IMG/VR virus record: IMGVR_UViG_3300035001_000006
Coordinates: 8,823-72,822 of that record
DNA: 64,000 bases
DNA from: a virus
Strand: one strand, 5' to 3'
Positions 1 to 10,137 of the stretch are shown piece after piece. The position numbers and the translations under genes were made by a program. The notes under the pieces are model-generated. The model was not told the DNA's origin. It did not search any database and saw nothing but the letters and a program-made list of their open reading frames with translations. How positions within the stretch are numbered: the first letter of the stretch is position 1; the number at the start of each line of letters is the position of its first letter.

Positions 1-3000
1 TACCAGATTTTTGCCGGGTCGAATTGCTCGCCGACGCCAGCCGAGATCAGCGTGATCTGCTGGGCCAGCGCCTCGTCGCTCGTGGCGCGTGCGCTGCGCT
101 CCTGGAAGATCAGCCCGCTGACGACCTGGGACAGATCCGAGCCGGTGTAGCCGCCGGTCATCTGGGCCTGCAGCGTCTCGCGGGCCGACACCTCGGCGGC
201 GTCGGACGTGATGCGCGCCTGGCGCTCTTCGGCGATCAACCCGCTACCCAGCTGCGTCAGCGTCAGCGGCTCCCAGGTCCGGTAGCTCGGCGCCGTGAAG
301 CTGAGGTTCAGCGAAGGACCATCCACGTACGAAATGTCCGCCGCGATGTCCTTCGTCCCAAGCAGGGCGGCTGTCAGCGACTCGCGCGTGCGGGCCTCAG
401 CGGCGTCAGCGGTGCTCCGCGTCGACGCTTCGTTGGCGATCGCGGCGGTCAGCGTGGCGTCGGCAGCCAGGAGCTGAGTGGCCAGTTGCTGGCGCGCTGT
501 CGCCTCGGCCGCATCCCCGGTCGCGCGCGCTGTCGCCTCCGTTTGCACGGCTGCGTTGGTCGCTCCCAGCGAAGCGTTCAGCGTCGTGATCTGCGAAGAC
601 AAGGCCTCGTCTGCTTGTTGCCGTGTCGTCGCTTCTGCGGTGATCGCCGCGGTGCGATTGTTCGTCTCCGCAAGAAGTGCGGCCGCTCGCGTATTCGCCT
701 CCGCGATGATCGCGTCCGCGCGGGTCGTCGCTTCCGCGAGCACTGCTGCGTGGCGGTCGGTCACCTCTTGCGCGAGCGCGGCGATGCGCGCTGCGGACTC
801 TGCGGTGATCGAGTTGGTGACCTGGGTGATCTGCTGCGATCGCGTCTGCGCCTCAGTGTTCAGCGCCGTCGCCCTCGCCGATGCCTCTGCGCTGATCGCA
901 GTGGTTCGCGCCTGCGCCTCCGCAGCGATCGCCGTCACTCGCTCCTGAACCTCGTTGGCGATGGCCTGCCCCGTCGTCGCGTCGACTTGCTTGAGCTCTT
1001 CGATCTGCTCGTCCAGGCCCTCCTGCAGCTCCTCGAGCGCTTCATCGATCCCCGGCAGCACGGTGAGCTGCACGTACCCGGGTGCGCCGGCGTTGCCGCC
1101 GGCGTCCACGGCGCGCACCCAGTACAGGTAGTTGCCGGGTACTTCGGTGTGCGTCAGCCTGCGGTCCGTGGGGCGCGCGATCTCCACCGAGTCGGCGAGA
1201 GTGGGCCCGCGGCTCACGAGGTAGAAGGAGATCGGCTGGGAGGTGGCGCAATCCTGCCAGGCGAGATCGATCTCGTTGCGCCACACGGCGCCGGTGACGA
1301 GCGGCTGCAGCGGCGCGAGGATCTCAATGGTTGCTGAGACCGGCACCGACCACTCGTTCGTCGTGCTGCTGTGCGACGCCCACACTCGTGCTGTGCCGGC
1401 CTGGAGCCAGCCGAGCGCCGCGCTCGTTGCCTTGCCCGAGAACACCTCAGTGGCGAGTTCCCACGTCGGGCCGATGCGCACGCTGGTCGTGTTCCAGTCG
1501 AGAAGGTCAAGGCCTGCCGGTTGCTGCCAGGTCGCCAGCACGCCGGTCGGCGTCATCGAGAGCGTCAGGCCGGCAACATCCTCCGGGAACTCGCTCTTGC
1601 CGGTGACGGTGTGCGTCACGGTGACCCAGTTGCTGCTCACGTACGGCGTCTGGAAGCGCACGCGGACCTGATACTCGTCCCTGACGGCCAGACCGAGGAT
1701 GTAGGTCTCCACGGCTTCGCCGGGCAGATCCATGGTCTGCCACTCGCCGACCGGCACGACCGTGCGGTACTGCACCCGAACCGAGCCGCCCATCCGGACG
1801 GCCGGCGAGTTGGACTGCCCCCAGCTGACGCGCACCCGCACGACGGCCGTGCTCCCCTGGAGCACGAGCTCGTCCGGGCCCGAGCGCACCGCGAGGTCGA
1901 ACGGCGCGTCCGGGACGATCAGCGGGCTCGGCAGGTTCGTGTTGGGTGCTGGGTCCGCCTTCGACTCGTCCGCCAAGTCGTAGAAGCTCGCCTCGTCTTC
2001 GATGACCTGAAAGGTCAAAGGCGAGGTGGCCGAGTATGTCCACTCCTGGATGCGGAACGGCTTGTTGGTGAAGCCGTAGAGAAGGCTCGACAGCGTGATG
2101 CGATCGCCCGGCTGCAAGTGCCACGCCGACATTTTCGGGTTGATCTGCAGAATGAAGCCGCCGCGACTCTGCTCTACCAGGGTCCGTGCGATCTGGTGGG
2201 TGCGCGCGTGCGAAGCCGTGAAGGTCAGCGCCAGGTCAAGGAACTTGTCCTTGGCGTCCGCCGCGCGGAACACTGCGTTCTGGTACGGCGTGTAGTCTTC
2301 CGTGACGCCGTTGCGCGCCTGGTTTACGTAGCTGCCGCGCGCGCCGTTGTAGCGCTGCGTGCCGGGGTTGCAGGTCTGCACCACGGACACCGGGCCAAGG
2401 AGATCCGCATCGGTGAGGGCCATGACGGGCGTGGTCCACGCACCAGCGAGGATCCGCCACACGCCGCCGGACTCGAGGCTGTAGCCGGCCATCGAGTCTT
2501 CGATCTGCTGGCGCGTCGTGTCGCGGTCCTGGTCGGTCCGGAACATGCCGTCACAGGTGTAGAGACGGACGTCGTTGCCGAAGGTCGGTGCATCGGCCCA
2601 GGCCTCTGGACCGTAGGCGACCTGGTCGCAGGCGTTGGCTGCAGCGATGAGCGCGTTGTCATCGATCTGCTCTGGCAGCGCCATGTACCCGGCCTCGGAC
2701 CGGATGAAGTCGGCAAGGCAGATTGCGGGGTTGCGCGTGTACGCGACGGCGCCTGTGCGAGGGTCGAAGCAGCGCTTGCCCTTGACCTTCGCGGTGAATG
2801 CCGGCAGCCCGCCCTGGAACCGCTCGAGCAGTAGGTTGATCGTGATCACCAAGTAGGTGAACCCGGTCAGCTTGTGGTTCTCCGTCCAGAGGGCCGGCTG
2901 CGCACCCATCAGGATCGGGTCAGCGAAGTCCACGCCGCCCCGGCAGAGGTGCTTGCTGACGTGCACGGCGCTGCCGGGGCCGTCCACGCGGATCGTCACG

Positions 3001-3776
3001 TTGCCGGTGAGGCCCAACTGCGCCTGGCTGCCCAGCAGGACGAACCCGACGTTGCCGACCTGGCCAGGCACGGAAAGCCTATTGCCAAGCGTCAGCGAGA
3101 CGTTCGCGCCGTTGCCGTTCTTGATCGAGACGATTTGCGGGCTGTAGAACTGCCCGTCGGCGCTGGTGTTGACCAGCGCTGCATAGATGGTGTCGGTCTG
3201 CTGGTCTTCGCTGTTGTAGACGGGGTACGCCTTGACCTCGAACGCATACGTGATGTCCCGAGGAATGCCGTACTCGAGCTGGTACGACGGGTTCTGCGAC
3301 GTCCCGTACTCGTTGAGCTGAAGACTCTCGCCGTCGATTAGCACGTCGTCGACCGACTCGCACTCGTGCGCCGCAAGCACCATCACGATGTGCTTGAACT
3401 GCGCCTTGTCGCCGCTGGTGATCACCGCCTTAATCGAGCCACCGATTGGCGCCGGCTGACCGTAGACGATTGGCCACGCATCGTCCCCAGCAATGATCGA
3501 GGTCGTCCGGTCCTGCAGGTTGGCCACGTCCTGCTGGAACTTTCGTTCCGCGGCCCGGCGCGCCTGCTTCTTCGCCTGCATGGAGCCGTAGACGCTAGAG
3601 GCGACCGAAGCCACCGTGACCACTGCGCTGATGATGGCGCCATAGGAGATGGCTGCACCGGCCGCGGTGGTGAACGCGGTGGAAGCAAGGAACGTGGTGA
3701 TCGGCTCAGCGCCTGCGCTCAGGCACAGGGTGGCAAGAGTTGCGAAGGCGAACGCGCCGCGGATCAGACGCGCCAT
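1..3776 (-). CDS. Tail tip / central fibre (host-specificity J-like) protein, runs off the left edge (>1258 aa)
   Basis: Read manually (absent from the ORF track because it is truncated). ATG at 3776 overlaps the upstream stop. Contains AWPIVYG, HIVMVLAAHECESVDDVLIDGE and VKGKRCFDPRTG..AYTRNPAICLADF, Fn3-like segments, an Ala/Glu/Thr coiled-coil repeat (about 400-960) and GVGEQFDPAKIW at the edge. The frame is consistent between the start and the edge. Confidence 0.85.
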   Translation of the reverse strand, partial: MARLIRGAFAFATLATLCLSAGAEPITTFLASTAFTTAAGAAISYGAIISAVVTVASVASSVYGSMQAKKQARRAAERKFQQDVANLQDRTTSIIAGDDAWPIVYGQPAPIGGSIKAVITSGDKAQFKHIVMVLAAHECESVDDVLIDGESLQLNEYGTSQNPSYQLEYGIPRDITYAFEVKAYPVYNSEDQQTDTIYAALVNTSADGQFYSPQIVSIKNGNGANVSLTLGNRLSVPGQVGNVGFVLLGSQAQLGLTGNVTIRVDGPGSAVHVSKHLCRGGVDFADPILMGAQPALWTENHKLTGFTYLVITINLLLERFQGGLPAFTAKVKGKRCFDPRTGAVAYTRNPAICLADFIRSEAGYMALPEQIDDNALIAAANACDQVAYGPEAWADAPTFGNDVRLYTCDGMFRTDQDRDTTRQQIEDSMAGYSLESGGVWRILAGAWTTPVMALTDADLLGPVSVVQTCNPGTQRYNGARGSYVNQARNGVTEDYTPYQNAVFRAADAKDKFLDLALTFTASHARTHQIARTLVEQSRGGFILQINPKMSAWHLQPGDRITLSSLLYGFTNKPFRIQEWTYSATSPLTFQVIEDEASFYDLADESKADPAPNTNLPSPLIVPDAPFDLAVRSGPDELVLQGSTAVVRVRVSWGQSNSPAVRMGGSVRVQYRTVVPVGEWQTMDLPGEAVETYILGLAVRDEYQVRVRFQTPYVSSNWVTVTHTVTGKSEFPEDVAGLTLSMTPTGVLATWQQPAGLDLLDWNTTSVRIGPTWELATEVFSGKATSAALGWLQAGTARVWASHSSTTNEWSVPVSATIEILAPLQPLVTGAVWRNEIDLAWQDCATSQPISFYLVSRGPTLADSVEIARPTDRRLTHTEVPGNYLYWVRAVDAGGNAGAPGYVQLTVLPGIDEALEELQEGLDEQIEELKQVDATTGQAIANEVQERVTAIAAEAQARTTAISAEASARATALNTEAQTRSQQITQVTNSITAESAARIAALAQEVTDRHAAVLAEATTRADAIIAEANTRAAALLAETNNRTAAITAEATTRQQADEALSSQITTLNASLGATNAAVQTEATARATGDAAEATARQQLATQLLAADATLTAAIANEASTRSTADAAEARTRESLTAALLGTKDIAADISYVDGPSLNLSFTAPSYRTWEPLTLTQLGSGLIAEERQARITSDAAEVSARETLQAQMTGGYTGSDLSQVVSGLIFQERSARATSDEALAQQITLISAGVGEQFDPAKIW

Positions 3777-4180
3777 GCAGCGACTCCTTGGGTAAGCGGG
3801 AGAAACTCGAGTTGCTCGTTGCCCGGGCACACGATGTGCGAGCCGGTGCAGATGCCGAAGCTGTAGCCGGAGACGCGGCCGATCTTTCCGCCACTCAGCG
3901 CAAGAACCACGTCGCCCCGTTGAGCCATCTGGCCTGGCAGGAAGGGGCCGAGGCGCTGCGACCCGATCTGCACGAATCCGCCGGCGCGGCGCACCAGGCG
4001 AAGCGACGCGAGCAGATTCTTGCGGCCGAGGGGCGCCGTCGGCAGGCGCAGATCCGCAAGCGGGTCCTTGCCGGTTTTCGCTAGGACCCAGTCGGCCGCG
4101 ATGTGCGCGCAGTCGTGCTGGAAGTATTCGAAGCGCGTGTTGCGGCGCTCGGCGATGAAGGCGTCGAGATCGGGTTTCAT
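3764..4180 (-). CDS. Tail assembly protein, NlpC/P60-like fold (gpK-like position)
   Basis: MKPDLDAFIAERRNTRFEYFQHDCAHIAADWV...GDVVL...FGICTG: conserved DC motif; ATGA overlap with the upstream gene; lies directly before the tail tip gene. Confidence 0.75.
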   Translation of the reverse strand: MKPDLDAFIAERRNTRFEYFQHDCAHIAADWVLAKTGKDPLADLRLPTAPLGRKNLLASLRLVRRAGGFVQIGSQRLGPFLPGQMAQRGDVVLALSGGKIGRVSGYSFGICTGSHIVCPGNEQLEFLPLTQGVAAWRV

Positions 4181-4803
4181 CGGCCTTGCGCTGCCTTCAC
4201 GGTCGCGAGGTGCTGCAGATTGGCCTGCAGCCATTTGCTGACCCACACAGCAGGGTTGCCGATGATCCCGGTGAGGTACTCGAAGCCGCGCTCCGTCGGG
4301 TACCGTGCGGCGTGCTGCGCGTGGTTCATGCGAAGGCCGGCCGGGTTAGCGCGCATGTCGTACGACGCCGTGCGGCAGTCCATCTTGATCGAGGCCATTG
4401 GCCCATCACGCTCGATCTTCAGCTGGTCCATCACGCCGGCGAACCTCAACACTGGCGCTCCGCTGATCTGCAGCGTCTGGGCGTTCAGTAGCGCTACCCA
4501 GACCCGGGCGGGGCGATCCTGGTAGTCGGAGGGATCACCTAGCGCGAGAGCTCGGGTTCCGACATCCACAGCCGAGAGCGCGAGGGTGATCTTTTCGGCT
4601 GCGCCGTCCTCGCTCTCGTGCATTTCCCCGATAGAGCCCAGGTTTCCCATGCCCTGCCAGGTCTGACCCATCACGTCGATGGTCAATGGCCAGTTGGTGT
4701 ATCGGACAGTGCCTTGCCTGAGCCGAAGTTCGACGAGCGCAAGCTGCCCGTAGGAATCAGCTCCTGCGGCAGCTTGGAAGCCGGAATTGGTGAGAAGGGA
4801 CAT
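4177..4803 (-). CDS. Minor tail protein (hub / gpL-like position)
   Basis: 208 aa; GQTWQGMGNLGSIGEMHES, FAGVMD, NHAQHAARYPTERGFEY, typical of siphophage tail-tip proteins; synteny. Confidence 0.7.
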   Translation of the reverse strand: MSLLTNSGFQAAAGADSYGQLALVELRLRQGTVRYTNWPLTIDVMGQTWQGMGNLGSIGEMHESEDGAAEKITLALSAVDVGTRALALGDPSDYQDRPARVWVALLNAQTLQISGAPVLRFAGVMDQLKIERDGPMASIKMDCRTASYDMRANPAGLRMNHAQHAARYPTERGFEYLTGIIGNPAVWVSKWLQANLQHLATVKAAQGR

Positions 4804-4830
4804 GTCCAGATCTGCGGTTGGGGTCCGCGG

Positions 4831-4865
4831 ATACTGGAAGCCGGGTGCGGGGGAGGAAATCCCCC
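4831..4865 (-). promoter_or_regulatory. Putative late promoter A (GGGGGATT-N21-CAGTAT)
   Basis: Intergenic; matches a signature found at five other virion-arm gene starts. Confidence 0.6.
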
Positions 4866-4875
4866 ACCATATGGT

Positions 4876-5499
4876 TCAGAACCAGTGCTCCATGAGCTCG
4901 ATGCTGAAGCCGCCCTGCACTGCCCCCTCGCTCGACCAGCTGCCGACCTGCTCGACACGCCGCATCAAGCAGGTCGGCTTGTCCCACACCACCGCGCCCC
5001 CTGCCTGCACGCCCACCCGAAGAACAGGCTCGAACTTCACTGTGATCACCCCATTCGAGGCGACAGTGGCGTCCTCTTGGAGGTGCAGCAGCTGGCGGTT
5101 CGAACCGCCCTGATTCACGCCGATCCAGTCGCCAAGGCGCAGGGTCCGACCGACTTGACCGGCACCCGCCTGGATCTGCAGCGTCGACGCGCCGTCCGGC
5201 GCCGCCGTTGCAGCCGTGAGGCTGCCGCGCACGGTCCCGCGCGGCGCGGGGTTCAGCACGTCGGAGATGGCCAGGAAGTTGACCCGCCCTTTCAACGAGA
5301 GCACGAGCGCGCGCCAGGACGCAGCCTGATCCCGATCAAGCATGTCGTTTGACAGCAGGCTGCAGGTCCAGCGCGCCGGGCCGTTCACCGCAACCTGCGA
5401 CGCGCCAGCGTCGCCGCCGGAGAACTCGAGATCGAAATTCTGCTGACCGAACTGCTGCTTCTTGAAAAGGATGCTCTCGGGCAGGGTGATGATCGTCAT
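4876..5499 (-). CDS. Distal tail (Dit-like) protein
   Basis: MTIITLPESILFKKQQF...GPARWTCSL...W.ALVLSLKGRVNF; start overlaps the tape-measure stop (ATGA); typical position after the TMP. Confidence 0.7.
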   Translation of the reverse strand: MTIITLPESILFKKQQFGQQNFDLEFSGGDAGASQVAVNGPARWTCSLLSNDMLDRDQAASWRALVLSLKGRVNFLAISDVLNPAPRGTVRGSLTAATAAPDGASTLQIQAGAGQVGRTLRLGDWIGVNQGGSNRQLLHLQEDATVASNGVITVKFEPVLRVGVQAGGAVVWDKPTCLMRRVEQVGSWSSEGAVQGGFSIELMEHWF

Positions 5500-6911
5500 G
5501 AGGGGAGCACCTTCATTCGCTTCAGGGTTTCGGTGTAGTGCTTCTGGCTCTCTGCCACGACGCGCTGGACGTCCTGGATGACCGCTGCGCGGTCGCTGCG
5601 CGAGTCGACCTGGATCGACGTTTGTGGCGAGAACACGATGGACGGGCCGCTGGCGGCGCTCACCCGGCCGGCCGGGTTGCTGGTCAGCGACGGGCCGGAC
5701 GTGAGCGGCACGAAGCCGCCGTCCGCGTACTGATTCAAACTGTTCAGGAAGCCGAGGCCCAGCTTGTTGGTCGACTCCTTGTTGATCACGAACTCGCCGC
5801 CATGCACAACGCCTTTGGGCTCGTACTTGCCGCCCGCGCCGGTGAACCCGCCGTCCGCGAAGCCCAGGAAGCCGGTGACGACGTTCCAGAGCGCTCCCCA
5901 ACCGGAGCCCCCGCCTCCGGAGGCCGGCGCCCCGCTCGCGCCCGTCTTGGTGGTCGGCACGATTGCGTTCTTGATCGAGTTCATCAAGTCGTTCGCCATG
6001 CCCTTGACGGCCTTGTCCAGGAACGCGTCGTAGAAGGCGTCAACCAGCGCGCCGGTCACGGTCTTTTGGAGCGTCTTGCCGAAGTCAGCCATTGCGGTCA
6101 GGTCTCCTGACAGGCCGGCGGTCAGGCCCTCCTTGATCGAGCCCTCCATACTGCTGGAGAGCCGCTGCGTGGATGCCTCCCACTTCTTCCCGTCGAAAGC
6201 ATCTCCCGCGGCGCGCGCAATCACCGGGCGCGCAGCGCTGACGGTGGAATTCTTCGAGTCGATGTAGGCCTGCAGACGGTCGCGCACGGCCGCCGTTTCT
6301 GAATTGGTGCCGGCGTCCTTGAAAACTCCTGCAGCCGTGAGGTCGCGCATCGTCTCGCGCGAGGCCGCGAGCTTGCGCTCCTGCTCGCCGAGGATGCGCA
6401 GGATCTCCGCCTGGACGAACTGCTCGCGCTCGCTCAGTTCAAGGCCTGAGCCCTTCAGCTGCAGCTTGGCCATTTCCTGGCGCAGGCGCTCGCCCTCGTG
6501 CGCGCTCTCCTTGTCCGCGTTCCTCAGGAGTTCGGAGGCGGGCTTGAGCCTCTCGGTCAGCGCGTCCTCGGTCTTCTCCTTTTGCTCAGCGAGGAGCTTT
6601 GCGACCCGCTGCTCGGCCTTGAGGTAGTTTTGGGTCTGGACCTGGATCTCATTGGCAAGCGCGTCGTCGGTGTCCGCCTTGCCTGCCTTCTTCTGCGCGG
6701 CCGACTTCTGCGCAAGGTCGGCCAGCGCAACCTTGATGGCGTTGCGCTCGGATTCAGCCAGGTTGATGCGTACGGTCGCTTGCTCCTGCTGCGACTGCGT
6801 GAGCTTCTCCTGGTACGACTCATAGCTCAGGACGCCGCGGTCGTAGCTCTGTCGGAGCGCGTTCTCGCGTGCCTTGGCCTCCGTATCCGTCTGCTCCGCC
6901 AGCAGCCGGTG
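5496..6911 (-). CDS. Tape measure protein, C-terminal part (frame after the break)
   Basis: Frame open from about 6911 (HRLLAEQTDTEAKARENALRQ...) through the 5496..6473 ORF; ends with GFADGGFTGAGGKYEPKGVVHGGEFVINKE, a typical TMP C-terminus. Confidence 0.8.
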   Translation of the reverse strand, partial: HRLLAEQTDTEAKARENALRQSYDRGVLSYESYQEKLTQSQQEQATVRINLAESERNAIKVALADLAQKSAAQKKAGKADTDDALANEIQVQTQNYLKAEQRVAKLLAEQKEKTEDALTERLKPASELLRNADKESAHEGERLRQEMAKLQLKGSGLELSEREQFVQAEILRILGEQERKLAASRETMRDLTAAGVFKDAGTNSETAAVRDRLQAYIDSKNSTVSAARPVIARAAGDAFDGKKWEASTQRLSSSMEGSIKEGLTAGLSGDLTAMADFGKTLQKTVTGALVDAFYDAFLDKAVKGMANDLMNSIKNAIVPTTKTGASGAPASGGGGSGWGALWNVVTGFLGFADGGFTGAGGKYEPKGVVHGGEFVINKESTNKLGLGFLNSLNQYADGGFVPLTSGPSLTSNPAGRVSAASGPSIVFSPQTSIQVDSRSDRAAVIQDVQRVVAESQKHYTETLKRMKVLPS

Positions 6912-9745
6912 CCGGCGGAGATCAGGTCGAGGCGCTTCTTCTCGTTCTTGTAGTCTTCGTCGGCCGCGCGCCGGGCCGCCGACCCGCCCCGACTCTTCTC
7001 GGGGATCGAGTACGCCTTCGTGCCAGTCGACAGAGCATTGGCCGGCACCGCTGTCGGTTCGAACGTCGACTTGTACTGCCGCTCGAGCGCAATCAGTTCG
7101 ATGTTCTTGTCGTGGGCACCGAGCAAGCGCGACTGCGCGTCATCGTAGGCCCTCTTCGCCTTCGCGTAGTCGTTGCCCTCACGTAGCATGATCGCAGGCT
7201 TGCCGGCGGCCTGGTCGGCCAGGATCTTGTCTCGCGCCGCCGCGGCAGTCTTCAAGTTCGCCTCCGCCCCGTCGCGCGCGGCGCGCAGAGCGGAAATACC
7301 GGCCGCCGGAGCAGTGCCGTCGGCGCGAGCTTTCTCGGCGATCAGCTCCCGAACCTTGCGAATCTGCTGGTCAAGGTTCGTGATGTAGGCGTTGCCCTGG
7401 GAGATGGCCGCGTTGGTGCCGCTCGGGTCCTTGAGCTTGTCGTACAGTTGGCCGAGCGCGCCGACGAATTCCGGAAGGATGAGCAGCTTGCTCACCCAGC
7501 CGTAAACCGTCCCAAGTGCTCCGGCGGCCCCCACGCCCAGGTTCGCCAGCTCACCGAAGCCTCGCACCAGGCCATTCAGCCCCTGCTGGAACCCCTCCGA
7601 CGCGATGATCTGGCTGATGCCCTGGAGAGCCTGCCGGAACTCCGAGGATCCGCTGGAACCGGCTTCTGCCAGGGCGTTGGTGAATGCCGCCTTGAGGCGG
7701 TCCATGTCGCCCTGGACGGAGTCCAGCAGCTGCTCGTTCGCGGTAGCCGTGAAGCCAGACGCCTGCTCGAGCTTGGACTTGATGTCGTTCAGCGACTCGT
7801 CCGTCAGGCCAAGGATCGCGCCAAGGGCTTTCTCGCCCCGGTTGTTCGTCAGCCGGTTGAGCACGAACGCCTGGCTCTTCGGGTCCAGCACCTCAAGGCT
7901 CTTGCGAAGCTCCGGGATGAACCGCTCGAAGAAGTCCTTGCGCGATTGGTCCAGCGGGTCCCAGAGCGTGATGCCCAGGTCCTTGGCAATGCGCTTCGCG
8001 TCGCCGCCGTGCGGACTGCCGAGTTCGCGGAACAAGTTGGCCGTCGCGGTACCAGCAGCCGAGCCGGTGATGTTGCGCTTGGCCATCGCGACCAGGATGG
8101 TGGAGACTTCCTCGATCTTCAGCCCGTATTGTTGGGCGATCGTTGAAGCCTGCTTCATCGACTCCGACATCTTTGCGACGCTGGTGTTGGAGATCGCGCC
8201 GGCTTTCGCCATCACGTCGCCTACCCGGCCCATGTCCGACATCTGCAGGCCGAACGCGTGCACCTGGCCCGTCAGCGTCTCGGTCGCCTCGGCAACGCCG
8301 AGCTCGCCCACGCGGGCGGTATTCAGTACGGCCGGCAGTGCGCTCAGCGCTTCCTGCGCGGTCAGGCCCGACTGAGCAAGGAGTCGCAGCCCCTTGGCCG
8401 CCTCAACCGGATCGAAGCCTGCCTTGACCGCGGTATCGCCAGTCTGGGTGCGCATGGCCTTCTCGGTCACCCCGGCTCCGCCCTCCTCCAGTGCGCGCAC
8501 GAATTTGATCTGGTACTCGAGGTCCTTGTAGGCCCGGATCGATTCCTTCACGGCCGTTGCCGTGAAGAACGTGGTTGTCAGAGGGATCAGCGCCCCATAG
8601 GTCAGGAACAGCGCGTTCGAGGCGCCGGCAAGGCCTCTCATTGCCGAGTGCATGTCGCGGGTGCTGCCCATGCCGCGCTGCATGCTCGTGTGAAGCGTGT
8701 CCTGCGATCCCTTTAGGCGATCAAGATCCCTGGAGGCGGCAACAGCGGCTGAGCCGTAGCGCGCGACGGCGTCTGCCTCGGCCATCCCCAGTTGCATGGC
8801 AGAAGCCACGCGCGTGGCGCGCGACAACTGCCCCGTCTGGCTTGCGGCCGCGAACGCTGCGTTCTTGTCGATCAGGCCGTTGCGCGATGCCGCGGCCTTG
8901 GCTGCCTCCACCTGCTCCGATCGTATGTAGGACATCCGCATGCGGAACGTTCTGTTGGCGTCGAGCTGCTCCTGCGCGGCTTGGCGCTCCTTCTCCCGGG
9001 CCTCCGTCTTGTAGAAGGTCTGTCGAAACCTGAACGTGCGCGCGGAGTCGGCGGCCTCCTCGGCAGCCTGCTTTCGCAGCTCGACCTGCTCCGACTTGTA
9101 GAAGTTCTGCCGAAATGCGAACGTGCGCGCGGCGTCTGCCGTCTCCGCCGCTGCCGCCTTCCGCCGCTGCACCTCTTCGGATTTGAGGTAGTTGCTCCGC
9201 ATGGCGTACGTGAGCTTGGACGAGTCCACACTCATCTTCTCGAGTTCAGCCCGGGCCTTGGCCGCCTGGCTGATCTGCGCCTGCGTGCGGGCGCCGCTCT
9301 CGGCCATGAGCTTCCTGGCTTCAGCCAGCACGCTGTCCGCGGACTCGATGCCCTTGCCGCCGACGCTTGCGGACAGGCCGCTCGGCAGCACCAGGCGCGG
9401 CGCTGCCACGCGAACCTTGGCGCGCGACACCTCCTCTTCCATGCTTTCCGCGAACTGCTTGCCCACAGCCGCGCCGGCCGCCTTCGCCTTGCCCTTCGCC
9501 TGAGCTCCGGCCTTCTCGACGGCAGACGTCACGCCGGTGACGAACTTCTGCATGTCGCTCGAGGTCGCGGCTGCAAGGCTCTTCAGGTTGGTGACGAGGC
9601 CCCGCGTTTCCTTGTTGAGGCGGGACAGGCTGGCCTGGTCAAGCTGCTCCACCGCCACTTGGAGTTGCTTGAGCGCGTCGAGCGCAGGCTTCGCCGCCGC
9701 TTGAAGGGGCGAGCCGTCTAGTCCGATCTTGATGTCGTCTGCCAT
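6912..9745 (-). CDS. Tape measure protein, N-terminal part (TP901-type core)
   Basis: Start MADDIKIGLDG at 9745; core VGELGVAEATETL...DVMAKAGAISNTSV...GSAAGTA. After ...LDLISA the ORF degenerates into Arg-rich junk, and the coding signal continues in the -1 frame. Confidence 0.85.
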
Positions 9746-9753
9746 GGCCTCGA

Positions 9754-10137
9754 TCAGCTCTTGTTGTTGTTCTTGCCGCCCTTGCCGGGCGAGCTGCTCG
9801 AGGGGTTCTTGTCGGCCCAATGGCCGAGGTACACCTGATCAAGCAGTTGGATCAGGCGCAGATACTTGGACCTCTCCGCGGGGGAAGCAATCCCCTGGAA
9901 TGACACGTAGGCCCAGATCTCGGCAAGAGAGATCGGGTTTGGGGCCGCTGCACCGAAGGTGCGCGCCGCGTGAAGTGCGTAGAAGGCGTCCGCGAATGGG
10001 ACGTCTGTGACCCTGAGCTTGGGCCGGCTGAGGAGCGCCGCCGGCTTCACACCTGTCCTGCGCGCGCGCTCCTCAAGAACCTTGGCGTGGGCTGACCATT
10101 TCAGCTGCCACGCCAAGTGCGCGCTTAGGCGTTTCCC
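9754..10137 (-). CDS. Tail assembly chaperone extension (gpT-like), expressed by -1 frameshift
   Basis: The -1 frame from the slippery site reads ..KRLSAHLAWQLKWSAHAK...NPISLAEIWAY...YLRLIQLLDQVYL; lies between the chaperone and the TMP. Confidence 0.8.
   Translation of the reverse strand, partial: GKRLSAHLAWQLKWSAHAKVLEERARRTGVKPAALLSRPKLRVTDVPFADAFYALHAARTFGAAAPNPISLAEIWAYVSFQGIASPAERSKYLRLIQLLDQVYLGHWADKNPSSSSPGKGGKNNNKS

Noticed and set aside
24-3363. Long plus-strand ORFs (24..1337, 1371..2834, etc.) and short minus-strand ORFs over the tail tip gene
   Set aside because: Shadow frames of a GC-rich gene; Arg/Ala-rich nonsense translations. The real frame is the unlisted minus-strand ORF from 3776.
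6827-6911. C-terminal tail GTGCWRSRRIRRPRHARTRSDRATTAAS of the 997-aa ORF as a true TMP end
   Set aside because: Composition is out of character, and the -1 frame carries the genuine coding signal.
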